Positions 51,563-62,525 of a stretch of 64,000 bases of DNA are shown in pieces. The position numbers and the translations under genes were made by a program. Origin of the DNA: Waterburya sp. (GTDB lineage: Bacteria; Cyanobacteriota; Cyanobacteriia; Cyanobacteriales; Xenococcaceae); NCBI GenBank assembly GCA_965217895.1, contig CBDCJV010000002.1:1056001-1120000 (forward strand), given 5' to 3'. The notes under the pieces were generated by a model, which was not told the DNA's origin, did not search any database, and saw nothing but the letters and a program-made list of their open reading frames with translations. Numbering within the stretch: the stretch's first letter is position 1; every line of letters starts with the position of its first letter.

Positions 51563-54004
51563 GTGAAAGTAGAAGTAGATACATCGATTAAATTAGTCCC
51601 CGAAGCTACTGGAAAATTATTAGCTTGGGCATCAGGTTTAGAAAGTTCAACCAATACTTATCTAGAACAAACCAAAGCCCTGTCCCGCAAGTTAGGGGCG
51701 TATTATCGACCAGATGGCTTGACTGAAATTGGTTTTTGGGTACCTGGGCTAATTAGAGATGTTCTACACGAGCGAGAAATTTACCTAGAAGTTTTTACGC
51801 CAAGCGAACCTATTGACTGGCAAGAGCAAGAACAAACAATTAAATTTAAACGCGATCGCCTACACTTAGAACAGCAAGGGGAGTTTATCTGGGGCGTAGT
51901 GGCAGGAATGCAGCCAGGAAACCGCGAGCAAGCTGGTTCTTTCTATTGGTTGCGCTACATTGACCGCGCTAAACAACTGCGGACTATTCGCGATTTGGTT
52001 CCTTTCTCCTTGCCCTACGGTATTTTTGCTCCTGCTGAACTATATGACATAGATAGCTTACAGGCTAGTAGACAAGATTTAGATTATTTAGAGCGTACAG
52101 CCAAATCTAACGATCCTAAAATAAAAATTCCTCGCGTTAAAGATCCTAGAAACATTTTACAGATTCATGTGGGAACAGCTTCTTCTGAAGGAACAATTGA
52201 AGGCTTAACCCATATTTATCAAAGGATAATTAATAAAATTAAGACAGGAGAAACTTTAAGCCCCAGCGAACAGAATTATATTGGCTATGATGCGATCGAA
52301 TTGTTACCTACCGAACCAACAATCGAATATCGCGATGAATATAGCCCCGAAAGCGAATTTTTTGCTTTTGTAGGCGAAGAGGACAATCTAATAGAAATTG
52401 AGCTATTTAAACCCAATACTCAAGATTGGGGCTATGATGTACCAATTCTAGGCTCTAGCACCACTAACCCTGCTTTGCTTGGCAGTTTGCGTCCCGATGA
52501 GGTAGTAGATTTTATTGCTACTTTGCACAATTTTCCTGACCATCCTATTCAAGTTATTTACGATCTTGTTTATGGACACGCTGATAACCAAAGCGAACTA
52601 TTAATTGCTCGCGAATTTCTCAAGGGACCAAATATGTATGGTCAGGATCTCAACCATCAGCAACCAATGGTTAGGTCAATTCTCTTAGAAATGCAGCGAC
52701 GTAAAATCGACACAGGGGCTGACGGCATTCGTATTGATGGTGGTCAAGATTTTCGCTTTTTTAACCCTCTTTCAGGTAGGGTTGAACAGGATGATGCTTA
52801 CTTATTAGAGATGAGTAACGTTGTCCAAGAAGTAAAAGGTCACAAGCGACTGCTATTTACAATTTTTGAAGATGGTCGTCCTTGGCCTGATGAAGGCTGG
52901 GAAGAAAAGTCTACCTATCGTGAGTTAATTGAACTCAAGCCAGAGTCGTATCAGTGGGGACCACTAATCTTTGCTCACAATACCCCCAGTCTTAAAGGAT
53001 TTTGGAACAAGAAGTGGTCTAGAGTTATGGAAATCATGACTATGGGCGATCATTGGATTACGGGTTGTGGCAATCATGATACTGTACGACGAGGTAATCA
53101 AATAAATGCCAAAGAAGCAATTAACTGGAATCTAGGGAGAACTCTGCCAGATGTTTTGCACAATGCTTACGATAACCCAGCGGTAACTTTGTGGGTCAAC
53201 TGCTTTAGTCCTGGTTTACCAATGGACTTTATTAATGCTACCATGCACGCTCCTTGGCTGTTTTTCCGTAATACTGATGAACAGTATGGAGTCAAGGTAC
53301 TTTCTGAGGAAGTAGGCTTTTTAGACTGGCAAATTAACCCCAGCCTATATCGACAGTCTCATTGTTTTCCCAGTTTAAAAACTTTGGGATTTAAGCAGCT
53401 AAAACAGTTAAACCAGTTTGGTGCAGCTTTACACCATGCTATGATTCAGCAAAACTATAATTTAGCCGAAGTAGTCGAAGTGCTGCGTGCCTGCACTACT
53501 CCTGAGACTCACTGTATTGATGATTTACCGCCCTGTACGGAGTTGATGCGCGGGGGAATGGTACGTTTTCTGAAAAAACTAGACGAAGACCGTTTAAAGA
53601 GATTTGCGTTGATGTTTATGGAAGATTGCTATCAGGTATGTAATGTCTGTAATTACGAATCTAAAGTTGATAGCTCAAGAGCTAAATTTAACCTTTCTAC
53701 CAGAGAGTTTCGTCATCAAAACCCTTGGCTAGCGCAAAATATTAGCAAAAACGATACTTTCGACAAACTCAAAGATAGTGAAAGAACCATTATTTATGGC
53801 GTTCGGCATAATGACCAAGAACCAGCAGTGGCAATAATCGCTAATTTTGAAGGGGAAACAATTAAGCTAGATGTGTCAAAAATATTAGAAACTGATTTAG
53901 CAGATTGGCAAATTGCGATCGCAACTCCTAACCTGAAAACAGACGATCTGACGAACCTTACTCTCAATAACGGTCAAGGTATATTATTAACTCGATCTGC
54001 ATAA
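51563..54004 (+). CDS. gghA: Glucosylglycerol hydrolase (Slr1670-like, GH13-like)
   Basis: SLPYGIFAPAELYD, WGYDVPI, DLVYGHADNQ, GPNMYGQD, DGIRIDGGQDF, GCGNHDT. Confidence 0.82.
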   Translation: MKVEVDTSIKLVPEATGKLLAWASGLESSTNTYLEQTKALSRKLGAYYRPDGLTEIGFWVPGLIRDVLHEREIYLEVFTPSEPIDWQEQEQTIKFKRDRLHLEQQGEFIWGVVAGMQPGNREQAGSFYWLRYIDRAKQLRTIRDLVPFSLPYGIFAPAELYDIDSLQASRQDLDYLERTAKSNDPKIKIPRVKDPRNILQIHVGTASSEGTIEGLTHIYQRIINKIKTGETLSPSEQNYIGYDAIELLPTEPTIEYRDEYSPESEFFAFVGEEDNLIEIELFKPNTQDWGYDVPILGSSTTNPALLGSLRPDEVVDFIATLHNFPDHPIQVIYDLVYGHADNQSELLIAREFLKGPNMYGQDLNHQQPMVRSILLEMQRRKIDTGADGIRIDGGQDFRFFNPLSGRVEQDDAYLLEMSNVVQEVKGHKRLLFTIFEDGRPWPDEGWEEKSTYRELIELKPESYQWGPLIFAHNTPSLKGFWNKKWSRVMEIMTMGDHWITGCGNHDTVRRGNQINAKEAINWNLGRTLPDVLHNAYDNPAVTLWVNCFSPGLPMDFINATMHAPWLFFRNTDEQYGVKVLSEEVGFLDWQINPSLYRQSHCFPSLKTLGFKQLKQLNQFGAALHHAMIQQNYNLAEVVEVLRACTTPETHCIDDLPPCTELMRGGMVRFLKKLDEDRLKRFALMFMEDCYQVCNVCNYESKVDSSRAKFNLSTREFRHQNPWLAQNISKNDTFDKLKDSERTIIYGVRHNDQEPAVAIIANFEGETIKLDVSKILETDLADWQIAIATPNLKTDDLTNLTLNNGQGILLTRSA

Positions 54005-54024
54005 TCGATAAATTAACTGGTTGC

Positions 54025-54084
54025 GGTGGGCAATAAGATTCTTTGCTAAACATTGTATCTTTTTTCGGTTTTTGCCCACCCTAC
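54025..54084. repeat. REP-like inverted repeat
   Basis: GGTGGGCAA ... TTGCCCACCCTAC. Confidence 0.55.
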
Positions 54085-54131
54085 CTAAAACTGCATAATC
54101 AATAACGATATCTAGATTAAAGGCTAAAACA

Positions 54132-57100
54132 ATGAAAGATACTGCCCAGAATCAATCTGTAGTCATCATGACGGGAATGCACCGTTCTGGTACTTCTTTG
54201 ACCGCATCCCTATTGCAGAGTGCTGGAATGTACATTGGCGATCGCCTAATGGGAAGTAATACAGGTAACGTAAAAGGACATTTTGAAGACTTGGATTTTG
54301 TCGATTTTCATCAAAGTGTCTTGCATTCTCAAGGTATTAGTGTCGCAGGCTGGACAAAACATAAGTCGCTAAAGGTTCAGCCGCAATACATGGTTGCGGC
54401 TCAAAATTTGATTTTAGGGAGAAAAGAGCATTCAATTTGGGGCTGGAAAGATCCTCGTACCACTCTATTTTTAGACTTTTGGTCACAGCTAATTCCTGAT
54501 GCCAAATATATCTTTGTTTATCGTTCACCTTGGGAAGTTGTAGACTCCTTATTTCGTCGGGGTGACGTTATTTTTCGGACAAATCCTAATTTTGCTGTTG
54601 GGCAGTGGTGTAATTACAATCAAGCAGTTTTAAATTTTTATCAACAGCACCAAGAGCGATCGTTTTTAATCGGCATTGACAGCGTTATTCAAAATTCAAA
54701 TGACTTTATCGATCTAGTTAGGCAAAAATTTTCGTTAGAATTGCGATCGCCAGAATCTCTTTACGAACCAGCTTTGTTTAATGCTAATAGTAACATTCAC
54801 TATCGCCAGGCTTTAATTACTGAGTTCTTTCCCGAAGCAATAGATCTATACGCTCAACTGCAACAAGTAGATAAAGGCGGTTCAGTCGCCCCCGTGGCAC
54901 AACAGTCGATCGACTTAACTTGTAAATCATGGATTTTGCAAGATTGGAGTGATTTAAAAGGAACAACAAGAGAAAAGCGCAATCTAGAGACAGAGCTAGA
55001 AGAAACTCACCAAAAGCTCCATTCGGCACAGGTAGAACAAGCTCAGGTTCAACATCAGCTAAACCTAAACACAGAACAACTGACAGAGACTCAACAGCAG
55101 CTACAGTCAACTCAAGCAGAGTTAGAACAAACTCACCAAAAGCTCCATTCGGCACAGGTAGAACAAGCTCAGGTTCAACATCAGCTAAACCTAAACACAG
55201 AACAACTGACAGAGACTCAACAGCAGCTACAGTCAACTCAAGCAGAGTTAGAACAAACTCAACAGCAGCTCCACTCGGCACAGGTAGAACAAGCTCAGGT
55301 TCAACATCAGCTAAACCTAACCGCCGAACAATTAACAGAAACTCAACAGCAGCTACAGTCAACTCAACCAAAGCTAGAACAAACTCAACAGCAACTACAG
55401 TCAACTCAAACAGAGCTAGAACAAGCAAAGATAATAGAAGTACAGGTAGTCGGGCAACAGGTTGAAGAACAGTTAAATCAAGCTCAAAAACAGCTACAAA
55501 TATCTCAAATGCAGGCAGAGCAGTTTAAGAGTTTGGTTGTGGCAATGGAAAGTAGTAAATTTTGGAAATTGAGAAGATGGTGGTTTGATTGGAAGCAAAA
55601 AACCAGAATGGGTGCAATAGATACTGTTTATCAAAATTATCTTTTCTCCCTAAACAAAGCTGCTCAAATCCCAACTGCTGTGGCGAATGTAGATACAGAT
55701 ATTCCCGTAAGCGGTGATCCCAAGTATCAAGTCTGGCTGGAGCGCAATTATCCTAAGCCCAATGAGTTGAAAAAAATCCAGGAAAAAAGTTTGGCATTGG
55801 CTTACAAGCCTCTAATCAGCGTGATTGTGCCAGTCTACAATCCTGAAGAAAAATTCTTACGCGAGGCGATCGCCTCGGTAATTGAACAGGCTTATCCCAA
55901 CTGGGAACTATGTTTGGCTGATGACTGTTCGACTAAACCTTATGTCAAGTCAATTTTAGAAGAATATGCAGCGCAAGATAAGCGGATCAAAGTCGTTTTT
56001 CGCCCCCAAAACGGTCATATTTGTCATACTTCTAATTCCGCCTTAGAAATAGCTACGGGAGAATATATTGCCCTATTAGATCACGATGACTTATTGCCAC
56101 CCCATGCTCTAGCCAGAGTTGCAGAACTACTAAATGAACATCCAGAAGCCGACTTTATTTATTCCGATGAAGATAAGATAGACGATAACAACATCTATCA
56201 AAGTCCATTTTTCAAGCCAGATTGGTGTCCCGATTCATTTCTGGCGCGGATGTATACTTGCCATTTGGGAGTTTATCGGCGATCGCTTGTAAACTCAGTT
56301 GGCAACTTCCGAGTCGGCTTTGAAGGTAGCCAAGATTACGATCTGGTGCTGCGAATAACCGAAAAAACTAACAATATCTTTCATATCCCCGATATTCTTT
56401 ATCACTGGCGGATTCATCTTCAGTCAACTGCCTCAGATTCTAACGTTAAACCCTACGCTGCTGATGCTGCTAAAAAGGCGATCGCCCAAGCAATTGAACG
56501 ACGGGGAGAGCCAGGTAAAATTAAGACTCAAGTAAGTTTTCCAGGAGTTTATCAAGTTCGCTATCAGATCAAAGAACAAAAGTTAGTCAGTATTATTATT
56601 CCCACTAAAGATTTAGCGGACACCTTAGACGTTTGCCTCAAGTCTATTTTTGCTCAAACAACCTATTCCAACTACGAAGTTGTTGTAATTGATAACAATA
56701 GCACTGAAGCAAAAACTGCCAAATGTTTGGCAGATTGGCAAAAGCAACAGTTTCAACGCTTTCGCTCTATTCCCTATCATGTACCGTTTAATTATTCGGC
56801 GATCAATAACTATGCCGTTGAGCAAGCTAAAGGGGACTATTTGCTGTTTCTCAATAACGATATAGAAGTAATCACCAAAGGCTGGTTAACAGCGATGGTA
56901 GAACAGGCACAAAGAAAGTCTATTGGGGCAGTAGGTAGCCTGCTGCTTTATCCTGATGACACTATCCAGCACGCAGGAGTAGTGGTGGGCTTAGGTGGTG
57001 TGGCAGGGCATAGCCATAAACATCTTCATGTTTCTCAGCCTGGCTATATGTTTCAGGTAGTTTCTACCAATAATTATTCGGCGGTTACAGGAGCGTGTTT

Positions 57101-57407
57101 AATGTGTCGGCGAGAAGTATTTACAGAAGTGCAGGGCTTTGAAGAAGATCTGGCGATCGCTTTTAATGATGTTGATTTTTGTCTTAAGATTGCCAAGCTA
57201 GGTTACAACAATATCTATCTGCCTCACGTAGTTTTATATCACTATGAGTCCAAAAGTCGAGGATACGAAAACACCCCCGAAAAACAGGCTCGCTTTGCCC
57301 ATGAGGTTAATTATATGAAGCAAAAATGGCAAAAAGTTTGTCTGCACGATCCTTGCTACAGCCCTAATTTGACTAAAAACTACGAAAACTACAGCATCAA
57401 TGTTTAA
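54132..57407 (+). CDS. Multidomain glycosyltransferase: sulfotransferase-like, coiled coil, two GT2 domains
   Basis: GMHRSGTS and WGWKDPRT; Gln-rich repeats; SVIVPVYN..LDHDD and SIIIPTKD..FLNND. Confidence 0.9.
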   Translation: MKDTAQNQSVVIMTGMHRSGTSLTASLLQSAGMYIGDRLMGSNTGNVKGHFEDLDFVDFHQSVLHSQGISVAGWTKHKSLKVQPQYMVAAQNLILGRKEHSIWGWKDPRTTLFLDFWSQLIPDAKYIFVYRSPWEVVDSLFRRGDVIFRTNPNFAVGQWCNYNQAVLNFYQQHQERSFLIGIDSVIQNSNDFIDLVRQKFSLELRSPESLYEPALFNANSNIHYRQALITEFFPEAIDLYAQLQQVDKGGSVAPVAQQSIDLTCKSWILQDWSDLKGTTREKRNLETELEETHQKLHSAQVEQAQVQHQLNLNTEQLTETQQQLQSTQAELEQTHQKLHSAQVEQAQVQHQLNLNTEQLTETQQQLQSTQAELEQTQQQLHSAQVEQAQVQHQLNLTAEQLTETQQQLQSTQPKLEQTQQQLQSTQTELEQAKIIEVQVVGQQVEEQLNQAQKQLQISQMQAEQFKSLVVAMESSKFWKLRRWWFDWKQKTRMGAIDTVYQNYLFSLNKAAQIPTAVANVDTDIPVSGDPKYQVWLERNYPKPNELKKIQEKSLALAYKPLISVIVPVYNPEEKFLREAIASVIEQAYPNWELCLADDCSTKPYVKSILEEYAAQDKRIKVVFRPQNGHICHTSNSALEIATGEYIALLDHDDLLPPHALARVAELLNEHPEADFIYSDEDKIDDNNIYQSPFFKPDWCPDSFLARMYTCHLGVYRRSLVNSVGNFRVGFEGSQDYDLVLRITEKTNNIFHIPDILYHWRIHLQSTASDSNVKPYAADAAKKAIAQAIERRGEPGKIKTQVSFPGVYQVRYQIKEQKLVSIIIPTKDLADTLDVCLKSIFAQTTYSNYEVVVIDNNSTEAKTAKCLADWQKQQFQRFRSIPYHVPFNYSAINNYAVEQAKGDYLLFLNNDIEVITKGWLTAMVEQAQRKSIGAVGSLLLYPDDTIQHAGVVVGLGGVAGHSHKHLHVSQPGYMFQVVSTNNYSAVTGACLMCRREVFTEVQGFEEDLAIAFNDVDFCLKIAKLGYNNIYLPHVVLYHYESKSRGYENTPEKQARFAHEVNYMKQKWQKVCLHDPCYSPNLTKNYENYSINV
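54991..55368 (+). repeat. Three near-identical 126-bp (42-aa) coding tandem repeats
   Basis: Units start at 54991, 55117 and 55243. Confidence 0.93.
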
Positions 57408-57497
57408 TAAAGCTGTTAGCTATTAGCCCTAAAAAGTAGCTACCACAATTATGCTCGTAAAACGCCTAATATAGAACATTTAGAGTGATAAACTCAA

Positions 57498-58247
57498 CTA
57501 AGCTCGCTTACGCATTTTACGAGATGGAACTTTTGAGGAGTCTACTTTAGCCACCACCTTACTTAAGGGCAGGATGCGAATGCGACCATCCATTGTATTA
57601 GCTTGATAAACCTTATGATGATTTAGATCCAAAGCAGTCATCCAGCCACTCTTATGATGATATGCTCCTGTCTCAATATCTAGCCAGCCTCTACCTGCTG
57701 CAATCTGTCCTGCCTGCACTCCAGGCAAGGTAAAGGTAATAGTATGACCAGTAATTATTAGTTTTTTAGGAAAAAAGGCTTTATCGCTACTATGAAAGTC
57801 TTCTCTGATCCAGCAAAATTGATCGGCACTTTGTTGGGGCAGAGGAATATTAGGATCAACTCCTGCATGAACTAGCCAGTAATCACCCAAATCTAAGTAT
57901 AAAGGCAGATTTTTGATCCAGTCGATATGCTCTTGAGGAATTTTGCTATCGTAGCTAGCCACCGTAGAATGACCACCACTGTATAACCAACCTTGATACA
58001 GATCGATAGATACTTCTCCACGACCAACTACATCGAGCAGCATTTCTTCGTGGTTGCCTCTCAAGCAAGTATATTGATTACGCATTACAAAGTCCACAAC
58101 CTGCGCGCTTTTGGGACCGCGATCAATTAAATCACCCAAAAAGTACACTTCGTCTTCGCTAGTAGGTGAAATGGAGTCTAGTAATGCAATTAAAGCGTCA
58201 TAGTGTCCATGTACGTCACCAATGACAATTCGGCGATTTGTGGTCAT
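57498..58247 (-). CDS. Ser/Thr protein phosphatase (PPP/metallophosphoesterase)
   Basis: GDVHG, GDLIDRG, GNHE, VHAG, GHT. Confidence 0.9.
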   Translation of the reverse strand: MTTNRRIVIGDVHGHYDALIALLDSISPTSEDEVYFLGDLIDRGPKSAQVVDFVMRNQYTCLRGNHEEMLLDVVGRGEVSIDLYQGWLYSGGHSTVASYDSKIPQEHIDWIKNLPLYLDLGDYWLVHAGVDPNIPLPQQSADQFCWIREDFHSSDKAFFPKKLIITGHTITFTLPGVQAGQIAAGRGWLDIETGAYHHKSGWMTALDLNHHKVYQANTMDGRIRILPLSKVVAKVDSSKVPSRKMRKRA

Positions 58248-58760
58248 GTTGGCTGTTCTAACGATGTGCATCCTAAAATTACTTTCTGCGACTCAAATGT
58301 TCTATTGATGATAAAAGTAAATTGTTAACTTGTTAGTAAGTATTCCCTAATTATTATCAATAATATGTACATTGAATGATTAATGTTTGTTAGGAATAAA
58401 CATATTGGCAACTCGGCAATCAAGACAATCAACTTTACTAAAGTATAGGAGGACAATAACCAAACGAGTAGTCTTGTCTGGGACAATGACCAAAATAAAA
58501 ATTCTCCAACAGCTATCTAGCCTCGCTTGGATCGCCTCAAGCTATGAAATCTAGACCTATGTTCTACAAGTTACTGTTTTTTTTACACATCGACTTTAAT
58601 ATAAACAGCGGTTACTATAATGTAGCGAAAATCTTAAATAACTTAAAAAATTCAGATTTTTCAAGCTCAATTATGTATTATATACAAATGATATTGGTGG
58701 TTTTTCTGTGAGTTGCAGAGTAATCTGTGACCGTTGGTCAAATTCGAGAAGATAAAGATT

Positions 58761-59558
58761 ATGAATAAGACTGTACGTTCTGTATTGCTAAAGACACCCA
58801 AAGTTTACGATTTTGTACACAACGTTAAGAACAATTATTTCTTAAGTTTCTATTTAAATAAAGTTCATGAACCTGACTTTAATGCCTTTAAGTTAATTTG
58901 CCAAGATCGCCCTCAACTTTTTCTTGATATTGGCGCAAATGTAGGTATGTCTGCATTATCTTTTTTTACTTTAAAACCAAATTCTCAGGTAATTTCCTTT
59001 GAGCCAAATCCGATTAACTATCCTTATTTAGATCGGTTATTAAATAAGTTTAAAAATTTTAAATACATAAAAGTCGGGTTAGGTGATAAACCTGGAGTCA
59101 TTGATTTTTATTATCCTATCTACAATGGAAGAGAGATGACTGCTTTGGGTTCATATGACTACCAAAAAGCCCAAAGCTGGTTAAATCAAGATACTATCTA
59201 CTTTTTTGATGCTGATAAATTAAAGGTGAAAAAAATAACCGTCAATGTTAAAACTCTTGATAGTTTTCAACTGCAGCCAGAATTTATCAAAATAGACGTA
59301 GAAGGGTTTGAATATCAGGTATTGCTTGGCTCTGAGGCAACTATCAGAAATAATCGTCCTATTTTATTAATTGAAGGAGTAGCTAAAGAAGATCGGGTTC
59401 ATAAGTTATTGCAAGATTGGGAATATGACACTTATCAATTTTTTAACAATCAATTCTATTTAGATCAATTTGATTGTGATAACAATTTTTTTATTCCCAG
59501 AGAAAAAACTGAAATAATTCAGTCTCACATAGCCAATACAAACATCATCTCAAAATAA
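58761..59558 (+). CDS. FkbM-family methyltransferase
   Basis: LDIGANVG, SFEPNP, IKIDVEGFEYQVLLG. Confidence 0.9.
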   Translation: MNKTVRSVLLKTPKVYDFVHNVKNNYFLSFYLNKVHEPDFNAFKLICQDRPQLFLDIGANVGMSALSFFTLKPNSQVISFEPNPINYPYLDRLLNKFKNFKYIKVGLGDKPGVIDFYYPIYNGREMTALGSYDYQKAQSWLNQDTIYFFDADKLKVKKITVNVKTLDSFQLQPEFIKIDVEGFEYQVLLGSEATIRNNRPILLIEGVAKEDRVHKLLQDWEYDTYQFFNNQFYLDQFDCDNNFFIPREKTEIIQSHIANTNIISK

Positions 59559-59574
59559 TGCTCAAACTTCTCTA

Positions 59575-60345
59575 TTAAAAGCTAGAAATAATTTTTAGTA
59601 CTCTTTGGATATCGTCAAACTGCCCAATAATTCGGCGGACAGGTTTTGGTGCAACCCTAACTAAGGTGGGTGTTACTGTTACGTGATGTATTGCTGCCTG
59701 CTCAGGATTTTTGCTGATGTCAATCACTTTTAAAGTATAAGGACTGGCTAAACCCTGTTCTAAAAGCTGATGAATGCTGCTCAAAGTTTTTTCAGCATAA
59801 AAATTATCGCTTTTGATAAATAGGCGGAAAACGTAACTCTCAGAATGCTCTGGGACTATTCTAAGTGTGTTGGAACTTGGATCTGGCAATGTATTATTAA
59901 TTTCTGAAGTCCGATGAGAAGAATATTTGGGGTCAAGGCGAATAATTAGATCTCTTTGTTCCCAAAGCTGGGGAAAATGCGATCTATAGGTTTCAATCAC
60001 TGCGCGATTACAGTGTTCTTCTTGCCAAGGGGCAATCTGCCAACTAGTTGTAGGTTCTAGTCCAAATAATACCTGCAACAAAGGAATAAAACGCTGTACG
60101 GCTGGATAGATCTCAGCGATAGTCTCGATCTGCTGTGACTGAGGATCTAGCCAGCGTTCTACTGTTGCCGTGTATCCAGGCACTAAAAAATGAGGCGAAT
60201 CGACTAATCCCCATTTTTCTTGCAATCCAAGACATAAATGAATATGCCATTGAGTTTGTTTATCTGGATCTATACCGTAAATTAAATCTCCCCCTGGGGT
60301 AAATAAAGCAATACCTTTATAGATGTTGGGCAAAACATTGGTCAT
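59575..60345 (-). CDS. Long KaiB-domain protein
   Basis: KGIALFTPGGD N-terminal domain; C-terminal YTLKVIDISKNPEQA...TPTLVRVAPKPVRRIIG. Confidence 0.85.
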   Translation of the reverse strand: MTNVLPNIYKGIALFTPGGDLIYGIDPDKQTQWHIHLCLGLQEKWGLVDSPHFLVPGYTATVERWLDPQSQQIETIAEIYPAVQRFIPLLQVLFGLEPTTSWQIAPWQEEHCNRAVIETYRSHFPQLWEQRDLIIRLDPKYSSHRTSEINNTLPDPSSNTLRIVPEHSESYVFRLFIKSDNFYAEKTLSSIHQLLEQGLASPYTLKVIDISKNPEQAAIHHVTVTPTLVRVAPKPVRRIIGQFDDIQRVLKIISSF

Positions 60346-60486
60346 TTATCACTTATTGTTTCGTTAATATATTCAAATGATAGATTTTGTAGCAGCTATC
60401 TTTTCTGAATACTCTTGATTAACTTTAGTCTTTGACTTTAGTAAAAGCGAGCTTAAATTTCAATGCTAAATGCCAAATGCTAAATG

Positions 60487-61683
60487 TTAGACTCTGCCTC
60501 GAAGCATCATTGCCATTTCGTTAGCCGTGGGAGACATCTCCAGAGCCACCTCTTCAGTAATTCTGCCTTCTTCATAAAGAGAAAATAGTGCTTGATTAGT
60601 GGTAATCATGCCGTCATATTCTCCATTCTGCATTAAGGAATGAATCTCGTCATATTTACCCTGCTTAATATAGTCTTTGACGGTTTCTGTGTTTACCATG
60701 ATGTCATGATACGCTGCTCTTTTTTCATCCGTTGTCCGACATAAGCCTTGGGAAATTACCGCGACTAATGATTCGGAAATAGCAATCCGCATAGCATCCT
60801 GTTCTTCGGCACTATAAAGAGTTAAGATTCTTTCAATGGTTTTGATTGCGCTATTGGTGTGCAGAGTTCCCATAACCAGGTGACCCGTTTGGGCTGCTTT
60901 GAGAGCCGTATTAACCGTTTCACGATCGCGCATCTCCCCGATTAGAATAATATCAGGGTCTTCCCTTAGTGCTGCCTTGAGGGCATTGTCAAACATACGA
61001 GTATTAATACCAACTTCTCGCTGTTTAACTAAAGAACGTTGGCTTTGATGGACAAATTCAATCGGGTCTTCAATGGTAATAATGTGTTTGGCGTGTTCTT
61101 TGTTGATGTAGTCTACCATCGCTGCCATCGTCGTCGATTTACCCGAACCAGTAGGCCCTGTTACCAGAATCAAACCTTTGTGGGCATCAGAAATATCCTG
61201 AAACACAGGGGGCAATCCTAACTGTTCCATGGTCAAAATCTTGAGGGGAATCAGTCGCATTACCAAAGCAGGACCCCGTAAGGTATCAAAAATATTAATC
61301 CTTACCCTGGCAAAGTCATATTGAGTCGCACCATCAAATTCTAGGTCGTGTTTAAATTTGGCTACTTCTTCCTCGGTTAATACTTCATGTATCCAACTCA
61401 TGAACGTATTTAGATCTGTTTTGGGATATTTAGTCAAAGCCATTTCACCGCGATCGCGCATTCGCGGCACTTCATTCACGCCTAAATGTATGTCGGAGCA
61501 TCCTTGTTCGTAGGCTTTTTTGATAATGTATTCTAGAGAAGGTTGACCTGATGCACGTTGGGGTTTGCTCGATCTTATTTGCGCGCTGTGGTTTTCTAGC
61601 TTTGGCTGATTACCCGCCATTCCCAAGGTTGATGGTGGTGGTGGTGGCGGTGGTAATGGTTGCGATCCTAATTTTTGATTCAT
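60487..61683 (-). CDS. pilT: Type IV pilus retraction ATPase PilT (PilT2-like, Pro-rich N-terminus)
   Basis: SDIHL, GPTGSGKST, TIEDPIE, LREDPDIILIGEMRD, TGHLVMGTLHT. Confidence 0.92.
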   Translation of the reverse strand: MNQKLGSQPLPPPPPPPSTLGMAGNQPKLENHSAQIRSSKPQRASGQPSLEYIIKKAYEQGCSDIHLGVNEVPRMRDRGEMALTKYPKTDLNTFMSWIHEVLTEEEVAKFKHDLEFDGATQYDFARVRINIFDTLRGPALVMRLIPLKILTMEQLGLPPVFQDISDAHKGLILVTGPTGSGKSTTMAAMVDYINKEHAKHIITIEDPIEFVHQSQRSLVKQREVGINTRMFDNALKAALREDPDIILIGEMRDRETVNTALKAAQTGHLVMGTLHTNSAIKTIERILTLYSAEEQDAMRIAISESLVAVISQGLCRTTDEKRAAYHDIMVNTETVKDYIKQGKYDEIHSLMQNGEYDGMITTNQALFSLYEEGRITEEVALEMSPTANEMAMMLRGRV

Positions 61684-61867
61684 TTTATGATTGTTATTTG
61701 GAATTGCAGTCTTGGCTACGTTTAGTATGCCCACCACCTTCAATTTTCTAACAAGCCTACAGGCAAAGTAAAAACATTTTAAACTGGTAAAAGACTAAGT
61801 AAATTTAGATAAGCGCGATCGCTCTCTACAATTCAAATTGATTAATAAAAATACTAAATGTTATTTT

Positions 61868-62515
61868 ATGTTGCGTCCAGAACAAAGATCTAAACTAGAT
61901 GATTCTAATGATCTTGCCTTTTATGATTCTCCCCGTTTGGTAACTCATGTAGATCGAGGATTTATCGATCGCCTGACCAATCTTTATCGAGAAAAGCTTC
62001 AGCCAGACACCCGCATTCTTGACTTAATGAGTAGCTGGGTATCTCATTTACCACAGGAGATAAAGTTTGCTCATGTGGAAGGTCATGGCATGAATGAAGA
62101 GGAATTAGCTAAAAATCCGCAGTTAGATCATTATTTTGTCCAAAACCTCAATCAAAACCCCAAATTACCTTTAAAAGATGCCGATTTTGATGGAGTAATA
62201 ATTAGTGTATCGATACAATATTTGCAGTATCCTGAAGCGATTTTATCTGAGATCCAGCGTGTTTTGAAACCCAATGGCGTAGTAATTATCAGCTTTTCTA
62301 ATCGTATGTTTTATCAAAAAGCGATCGCAGCTTGGCGCGATGGCACAGATACGGACAGGGTAAATTTAGTCCAAAAGTATTTTGGGTCAGTTGATGGTTT
62401 TAGCCAACCAGAGGTAATAGTTTATCAGTCTCCTTTGCCTGGGTTTCTCCAAATGCTAGGATTAGCAGGAGGCGATCCTTTTTATGCTGTAGTTGCCTAC
62501 AAATCTAGTAGTTAG
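61868..62515 (+). CDS. Class I SAM-dependent methyltransferase (type 11)
   Basis: PRLVTHVD, LDLMSSWVSHLP, FSNRMF. Confidence 0.88.
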   Translation: MLRPEQRSKLDDSNDLAFYDSPRLVTHVDRGFIDRLTNLYREKLQPDTRILDLMSSWVSHLPQEIKFAHVEGHGMNEEELAKNPQLDHYFVQNLNQNPKLPLKDADFDGVIISVSIQYLQYPEAILSEIQRVLKPNGVVIISFSNRMFYQKAIAAWRDGTDTDRVNLVQKYFGSVDGFSQPEVIVYQSPLPGFLQMLGLAGGDPFYAVVAYKSSS

Positions 62516-62525
62516 TAATTAGTAA

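Noticed and set aside
54817..55428. 203-aa antisense ORF, and similar shadow ORFs such as 343-531, 14222-14551, 19897-20190, 20359-20757 and 32594-32968
   Set aside because: They overlap better-supported genes or sites and have no recognisable motifs.
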